Source of the DNA: Candidatus Thorarchaeota archaeon
GTDB lineage: Archaea > Asgardarchaeota > Thorarchaeia > Thorarchaeales > Thorarchaeaceae
Assembly: GCA_048882385.1 (NCBI GenBank)
Contig: JBHLRQ010000001.1
Coordinates: forward strand, 1-64,000
Reading direction: 5' to 3'
Length of the DNA: 64,000 bases
The notes below the pieces were generated by a model. That model was not told the DNA's origin and did no database searches. It worked only from the letters and a program-made list of their open reading frames with translations. How positions within the stretch are numbered: the first letter of the stretch is position 1; every line of letters begins with the position of its first letter. The translations under genes were made by a program, and so were the position numbers. This document shows, piece by piece, positions 58,287 through 64,000 of the stretch.

Positions 58287-58314
58287 CTCCACTGGGATTA
58301 TTGCAGATGTTATT

Positions 58315-60381
58315 TTAGCTCTGGGAGTGTCTGATTTTACCCTCTCGTGGACTATATAGTATCCCGTCGTTGAGTAGTTTCTCAATGACCTTCTCAGCTC
58401 GTTCGCGTGAGAGTCCCATTGAAACGGTTCTCTGTATCAACGCATCTATATTCACTGTTGAAGTTCCTTCAGATTCCATGTCTCGAAGTGCTTTGATGAT
58501 GATATCAGAAGAGCTTCTTTGTTCAGCGCTCATCTTTGATACTTGACGATCAATGTCAATTCGGCCAGTTATTCTGTCCATTGCGACCATCCTTAGTGAT
58601 TCTTCCATTAGACGAATTGCGGCTCGAGCATCTTCTTTGTTGACTTCAGACCGTAGAGCCATTCTAGCTCTGGCTTCTGCTAATCGAACAAGTGATTCAA
58701 GTTGTCGAGCCGTAATGGGAATTGCTCCTCCTCCTTCGGCACTTTTCCTAAGTTCAACATAGAAATCTTCAATGACCTCTGCAGCATCTGCAGTGAGTTG
58801 GGGAAATACGTTAAGATTTGCATATCCAATATATTTTTTCAGAAATTCAGGAGATATTGGAGGTAGTACACCTTGGTCTTGGATTTTCTTCATCTGATGC
58901 ATATCTAGAATGAACTTTGCAAGTTCACGGTCTTGATCAACATTGACAGTATCTACCATTATCCAGATTAGGTCAAATCTTGATAAGATTGTGAATGGCA
59001 GTCTTATGTTTTCTTGAAGAGTGAGTGAATCTTCGTATCGGCCTAATGTAGGATTTGCAGCCGCAAGAATTGAGGTTCGTGCATTGAGTGTAGCCACAAT
59101 GCCTGCTTTGGCGATACTTACAGTGTGTTGTTCCATGGCTTCATGTATTGCTGTTCGATCATTGGGGTCCATCTTATCGAACTCGTCAATACAGGCAATT
59201 CCTTGATCTGCTAGAACCAATGCTCCGGCTTCAAGGGTCATAGCGCTCGAATCAGTATCATGAACAACTGCAGCAGTGAGTCCAGCAGCAGTTGTGCCTT
59301 TTCCAGACGTGTAGAGTCCTCGAGCTGCAAGTCCGGAAACAAACTTGAGAATCTGGCTTTTTCCAGTTCCAGGATCTCCAATCATCAAAATGTTTGATTT
59401 TCCCCTTAAACGCGTTCCGTCAGATAGAAGCTTTGGAACTCCACCAAAAAGAAGAAGACCAATAGATTCCTTGATATTATCATGTCCTTGAATTGATGGT
59501 GCGATGCTTGCTTGAATTCTTTCGTGGACTTGCGGATGTTGAGATAACTCTTCGATACGTTTTACATCTTCTTCCGATATCTGAAGCTGCTCGTACTCCT
59601 TCTCAGAAATTTCAACACCGTTTGCTTCGATGAATATATTGAATGTTGCTAATTTTCCTCCTCGTCTTGAGAAATCAGGAGTTGTTTGTAGTATTCCAGT
59701 GACTTTAACCAAATCTCCTGGTCTTGAGATATCAACAATATCACCCTCTAATATTACATCAACTGACCGGGGCATTTGACCTGGAGGGAGTTCTTCTGGA
59801 GATTCTTGTATTCGAACCTTCTGCCAGTCTTTGAATTGCGATTTTTGAGGAATTAGCCGCATTGGTGTCTTTTTTGTACAAACAGGACATAGTGCTGGTT
59901 CGGTGTACTTTCCCTCATCTTGATCTTGAGGGATTTCTGATTGACAAATTCGGCAAAGAAAAACTGCTTTTACAAGCAGGGGCTTGACTTCACTTGCACG
60001 CATCATGATTCCACTGATATGAATCAATTTTCCAATATGCCGCGAGCGAATTGTACGAAGTGGTACATGCTCAGGATATCCAATAAAACGAGTTTTTATG
60101 ATGCTTGAATCAGTTAGACTATTGACATAATCTGGATCTTCGATTCTTAATACAGAAACTAATGCGTTGTTGACCATCTCTAGGAATCTTTTGGGGTCTT
60201 CAGCTGCAAGTGCTATGAATACATTGTCGAAGCTAGTGAGATCTTGAAAATTCACAGTAAGAGAGATTTCGTCATTGATAGACATCTGTTGAACTCGAGT
60301 CCAATAGATAGAGTTTCCTTGTTCATCCTTGTAGGTTCTCAGAAACTCTTCAAACCTTTCTTGTTCATCATAGCTAGACAT
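58315..60381 (-). CDS. mcm: MCM replicative helicase
   Basis: GDPGTGKSQ, IDEFDKM, SRFD, zinc finger and ITARQLE; no intein; start ATG 60381. Confidence 0.97.
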   Translation of the reverse strand: MSSYDEQERFEEFLRTYKDEQGNSIYWTRVQQMSINDEISLTVNFQDLTSFDNVFIALAAEDPKRFLEMVNNALVSVLRIEDPDYVNSLTDSSIIKTRFIGYPEHVPLRTIRSRHIGKLIHISGIMMRASEVKPLLVKAVFLCRICQSEIPQDQDEGKYTEPALCPVCTKKTPMRLIPQKSQFKDWQKVRIQESPEELPPGQMPRSVDVILEGDIVDISRPGDLVKVTGILQTTPDFSRRGGKLATFNIFIEANGVEISEKEYEQLQISEEDVKRIEELSQHPQVHERIQASIAPSIQGHDNIKESIGLLLFGGVPKLLSDGTRLRGKSNILMIGDPGTGKSQILKFVSGLAARGLYTSGKGTTAAGLTAAVVHDTDSSAMTLEAGALVLADQGIACIDEFDKMDPNDRTAIHEAMEQHTVSIAKAGIVATLNARTSILAAANPTLGRYEDSLTLQENIRLPFTILSRFDLIWIMVDTVNVDQDRELAKFILDMHQMKKIQDQGVLPPISPEFLKKYIGYANLNVFPQLTADAAEVIEDFYVELRKSAEGGGAIPITARQLESLVRLAEARARMALRSEVNKEDARAAIRLMEESLRMVAMDRITGRIDIDRQVSKMSAEQRSSSDIIIKALRDMESEGTSTVNIDALIQRTVSMGLSRERAEKVIEKLLNDGILYSPREGKIRHSQS

Positions 60382-60464
60382 CTTATTTGGCCTCGACAAC
60401 ATTGCTTCTGCAATCGTTTCTTTGTTCTTCAGGATTTGTATTTAAGGACACTAATACTCACAAC

Positions 60465-61034
60465 CTATTCCAAAATGTTTTGGCGCCATCCAGAAAATAA
60501 GTCAATCAGCGTTTCACAAAGCCAGCGCTCTTCATAAGCCATCTGTTTCCGCTTTTCTTGATACGCACCTGATTTTGCAACACGTAGTATTTTTGATAGT
60601 CTTGTTTCGACTAGAAAGGGAACCATACGCTGTAGTTTCTCAATCTCTTCATACTTTCGTGGATCCATGGATGTCCTGTCACTTTGGAGACGAAGCAGCT
60701 TCCTCCCAAGTGCTGTATAAAGGAATGGTTGAAATGTCTGTAGTTTGTGCGGTTGTTTCTCCTCTTCGCGATATAGATTCTGAAGACGTCTTAGAGAGTC
60801 ATAAGCGTCTTCCGGAGATATATCAGCAATTTCATGATTCATAAGACGCTCAATAACCCAGTTTGGTAGATTTGCTTTATCGCCTTTCTTGAAAGGACCT
60901 AGTTTCTTTCCACTCACCTCAATCTCATTCATTGGCTTTTGAAAAATGCATTCCCTGACTTCATTGAGAAATAGCATATCAAATCGTTTCATAACGTCCT
61001 TTGTTTCATCGAACAGCTTCATGACTTCCCACAT
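60465..61034 (-). CDS. gins23: GINS subunit Gins23
   Basis: B domain first (GPFKKGD...LP.W), then A domain (RL.KIL..A, M..EE); upstream of mcm. Confidence 0.85.
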   Translation of the reverse strand: MWEVMKLFDETKDVMKRFDMLFLNEVRECIFQKPMNEIEVSGKKLGPFKKGDKANLPNWVIERLMNHEIADISPEDAYDSLRRLQNLYREEEKQPHKLQTFQPFLYTALGRKLLRLQSDRTSMDPRKYEEIEKLQRMVPFLVETRLSKILRVAKSGAYQEKRKQMAYEERWLCETLIDLFSGWRQNILE

Positions 61035-61198
61035 CTGATTCTGGGTAATCAGTGATAAAGCCCTTGCTCTTTGTTATTGAGTTATAGTGATTAAATCTAA
61101 GTATGACTAGGATTAAACAAGAATTGTCAGAGAATCTTTTAAGGGGTCATGAAAGATTCGTAGCAGATTCTGGCTTACAAGTTATGGAAGGAAAAACG

Positions 61199-62158
61199 AT
61201 GGATTTGGACTTATGGACTGAAAAATACCGACCACCAACCTTGAGTGAAATAATAGGCCAAGAATCTGTGATTGATAGCTTGAAGAAATTTGTTGAGAAC
61301 AAGGCTGTACCACATTGCCTTTTTGCGGGTCCTCCGGGAACTAGTAAGACTACTGCTGCAATGGCTATGGCAAGAGACCTTTTTGGTGATTCTTTTGAAC
61401 GAAATTTCATGGAACTTAACGCAAGTGATGAAAGAGGAATAGATGTTGTGAGAAATCAGATCAAGACCTTTGCTAGAACCATGCCTTCAGGAGATGCTCC
61501 TTTCAAGATACTGGTCCTTGATGAAGCCGATCATCTTACGGCAGATGCTCAACACGCTCTTCGAAGAACTATGGAATCATTTGCCTCCTCATGTAGGATT
61601 GTATTGATTTGTAACTATTCTAGTAGGATTATTCCTCCAATTCAATCAAGATGTGCGATTTTTCGTTTTTCGAAACTTGGTGAAGAAGACATCTCGGGGA
61701 GACTCAAGTTTGTAGCTAAAAATGAGAATGTTAGTTTATCAGCAGCAGGTATCAAGGCTATTTTGTATCTTGCAGAAGGTGATATGAGAGCAGCATTAAA
61801 TCTTCTTCAAGCTGCTTCATCGACTGGAGAAAAAGTAACGGATGATATTGTATATTCAATCTCAGGAAGAGCAAATCCAGAGATAATACAAAAAATGTTG
61901 GTTGATGCATATGAGGGAAAATACGTCGATTCTCTTGATAGTCTCAGAGACCTCATCTATAACCAAGGTGTTTCACCTGTCGATCTTGTGAAACAAATGC
62001 ATCGTGAAGTAGAAAGTCTAAATCTTAATCCTCACAAGAGAATGGACATCCTAGAACACACGGCAGAAATCGAATTTCGTGTGGGTGAAGGCGCAAATGG
62101 AGAGATTCAGCTAGCCTCGCTCTTGGCACGCATTGGAACTGGTAGTGATTCTGAATGA
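61199..62158 (+). CDS. rfcS: Replication factor C small subunit
   Basis: WTEKYRP, ELNASDERGID, LDEAD and IQSRC; start estimated at ATG 61199. Confidence 0.96.
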   Translation: MDLDLWTEKYRPPTLSEIIGQESVIDSLKKFVENKAVPHCLFAGPPGTSKTTAAMAMARDLFGDSFERNFMELNASDERGIDVVRNQIKTFARTMPSGDAPFKILVLDEADHLTADAQHALRRTMESFASSCRIVLICNYSSRIIPPIQSRCAIFRFSKLGEEDISGRLKFVAKNENVSLSAAGIKAILYLAEGDMRAALNLLQAASSTGEKVTDDIVYSISGRANPEIIQKMLVDAYEGKYVDSLDSLRDLIYNQGVSPVDLVKQMHREVESLNLNPHKRMDILEHTAEIEFRVGEGANGEIQLASLLARIGTGSDSE

Positions 62159-63369
62159 ATGATAATCTGCCTTGGCCTGAGAAACACCGTCCTATGAGTC
62201 TCAATGAGCTTGTAGGAAACCGTGAAACAGTGAAAGCGCTAAAGGATTGGGTTGAATCTTGGATATTTGGGACACCAAGCAAAAGGGCGGCTCTTTTGAT
62301 TGGTCCTCCTGGAACAGGAAAAACTGCATCAGTGGGAGCAATCTCAAATGATTTGAACATGGAGCTAGTCGAGTTTAATTCTAGTGATAAAAGGAATAAG
62401 GATAGTATCGAAACTCTTGTTTGGCGTGCAGCGTCGCAGATGACTCTTGATGGTCGAAATAGACTCATACTTCTGGATGAAGTTGATGGTCTTTCAGGTA
62501 CTAGTGACAGGGGTGGGGTTGGTGCGATTCTAAAAGTAATCAAGGATGCTGTACATCCAATAGTAATGACAGCAAATGATCCCAATAGTCCACGACTTAA
62601 GGAGTTATTGAAAGTTTGCCAAGTTTTCAATTTTGGATTTATTGAAAGTGAAGATATGACAACTGTGTTGAAACATATCTTGGTTGAAAACAAAAAGAGT
62701 GTGTCTGAAGAAATTCTTGAAAAGATAATTGAGAACGCTGAAGGTGACCTTAGAGCAGCAGTTTCGGATCTGGAATCGCAGGTAAGAAGTGGTTTGAAAC
62801 CTCAGACAACTGCAACATCTAGAGATATCCGCCGAGGTTCAGATGAAACTCTGCGAAATCTCTTTGCCACAAATGATTCTAAGATAGCTAGGAAGATATT
62901 ATCAGAATCAGAGCTTGACCACGACTCGTTAATTTTGTGGCTTGAAGAGAATCTTCACCTTCATCTTCTAACACCCAAAGAATTGAATGAAGGGCTTGAG
63001 GGTCTATCTCTTGCAGATCTATCACTTGGTAGAATTATGAGGGATCAGAATTGGAAACTTCTTGCTTATGTGTATGATTTCTTTGTCACAGGGGTGGCAA
63101 TGAGTAGAACTCAGACTCCTTTTCGAAGAGTTGAATACTCACAACCAACTTGGCCACTTCTTGTATGGCAAGGTAACAAGAAACGGGATAAAGAAGATGC
63201 AGTCAGATCTTCTCTTGCCTCGAAAACAGGTGTATCAAAGAGGCGTGTTCGACAGACCCATTTAGATACCATTCAACAAATAATCAAGAACAATCCTAAG
63301 GCTTTGAATGACTTCTCTGTTTGGTTGAGGGTTGAAAAGTCATCGTTGGTCCAGAAAAGAAATCGATAA
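62155..63369 (+). CDS. rfcL: Replication factor C large subunit
   Basis: W.EKHRP, GPPGTGKT, E.NSSD.R, LDEVDG and GDLRAA motifs. Confidence 0.94.
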   Translation: MNDNLPWPEKHRPMSLNELVGNRETVKALKDWVESWIFGTPSKRAALLIGPPGTGKTASVGAISNDLNMELVEFNSSDKRNKDSIETLVWRAASQMTLDGRNRLILLDEVDGLSGTSDRGGVGAILKVIKDAVHPIVMTANDPNSPRLKELLKVCQVFNFGFIESEDMTTVLKHILVENKKSVSEEILEKIIENAEGDLRAAVSDLESQVRSGLKPQTTATSRDIRRGSDETLRNLFATNDSKIARKILSESELDHDSLILWLEENLHLHLLTPKELNEGLEGLSLADLSLGRIMRDQNWKLLAYVYDFFVTGVAMSRTQTPFRRVEYSQPTWPLLVWQGNKKRDKEDAVRSSLASKTGVSKRRVRQTHLDTIQQIIKNNPKALNDFSVWLRVEKSSLVQKRNR

Positions 63370-64000
63370 CGTTACTCAGGGTTTTTGTGGATCGTCTGTG
63401 ATAATCGAATCTTTCTTTCAAATGACGTGTAATCCTTCGAATAGCATATGGACTTGTCTTGAGGTTCAGTGGAACTACAGTTTCAACTAAGATCAGGTTC
63501 TCTGGTGGAGCAGGTCTGATTCCACTTGGTAATTTGATGAGTCCAGAGATTATGTTGTTAATTTCATTGACTGGAATTTCTCTAACTCCAACAGCTGTGA
63601 GTAGGGTCACAATTTTCCGAACTAATTTCCACAAAAAGCGAGTTCCATAGATATCCATGAAGATTGCATCATTGGACTTGTGGAGAGAGATGTTAAGAAT
63701 CGTAGTGGTAGTGCTACGTCCTGCATCAGGTTTTGATAGTTGGTTGAAATCATTGGAACCAATTAATATGTTGATAGCTTCCTTTACTAGCCTAGAGTCA
63801 ACAGCTTCCCATGATTCAGTTAGATAGTATCTGTAGTGTCGCATTAACACACTATATCGGGGTTTGAAGTCAATAGGAGCTTTTGCCGAAGCCCATAGTT
63901 GGATGTCGTCTGGAAGATGTTTGTTGATTTTGTCAACATCAATTTGCTTGTTTGTAGTCACCATTACTAGTTGACCAATGCTATGTACACCACGATCTGT
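63296..64000 (-). CDS. truA: tRNA pseudouridine synthase TruA, 5' end beyond the window
   Basis: IN.HLP.DI, F.PRY....RHYRY, FLWKLVRKIV and APPENLIL motifs. Confidence 0.9.
   Translation of the reverse strand, partial: TDRGVHSIGQLVMVTTNKQIDVDKINKHLPDDIQLWASAKAPIDFKPRYSVLMRHYRYYLTESWEAVDSRLVKEAINILIGSNDFNQLSKPDAGRSTTTTILNISLHKSNDAIFMDIYGTRFLWKLVRKIVTLLTAVGVREIPVNEINNIISGLIKLPSGIRPAPPENLILVETVVPLNLKTSPYAIRRITRHLKERFDYHRRSTKTLSNVIDFFSGPTMTFQPSTKQRSHSKP

Noticed and set aside
58315-62158. Inteins in MCM or RFC (also checked Cdc6)
   Set aside because: Protein lengths are normal and the Walker motifs are uninterrupted.
1-64000. CRISPR arrays, transposases, rRNA genes, and the many short antisense ORFs in the track
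   Set aside because: No regularly spaced repeats, transposase motifs or rRNA-like sequence were seen. The antisense ORFs lie inside well-supported genes and show no recognisable motifs.

Overview
A core-genome segment of an archaeon, most likely Asgard (Thorarchaeia-like). Support for that call: PolD small subunit, separate GINS15 and GINS23, an RPA14-like gene, GGTGA-type Shine-Dalgarno (SD) sites, BHB tRNA introns and a roadblock/MglA-type GTPase module. From left to right: (1) an energy block with two mvhD/vhuD paralogs (one has lost several Cys), an acyl-CoA dehydrogenase, hdrC-hdrB, a QmoA/QmoB-like pair of HdrA genes and a large winged-helix/ferredoxin protein; (2) a replication/transcription cluster (GINS15, PriS, PCNA, RPA14-like, TFS, RpoL, Csl4, Cdc6 with ORB-like upstream motifs, DP1); (3) an accessory patch between tRNA-Ser and tRNA-Leu with a pair of oppositely charged microprotein ORFs missed by the ORF track; (4) translation/KEOPS genes with a catalytically degenerate RecJ/DHH gene; (5) nurA-herA, pyrG, and a three-gene tandem-roadblock + folliculin/DENN-like + MglA-type GTPase operon, which is the best candidate for a novel system; (6) tRNA-modification genes, tRNA-Pro, HDAC, Hel308-MCM-GINS23, RFC and a partial truA. 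No CRISPR array, integrase or transposase was seen. All family assignments come from motifs recognised by eye; no database searches were run.
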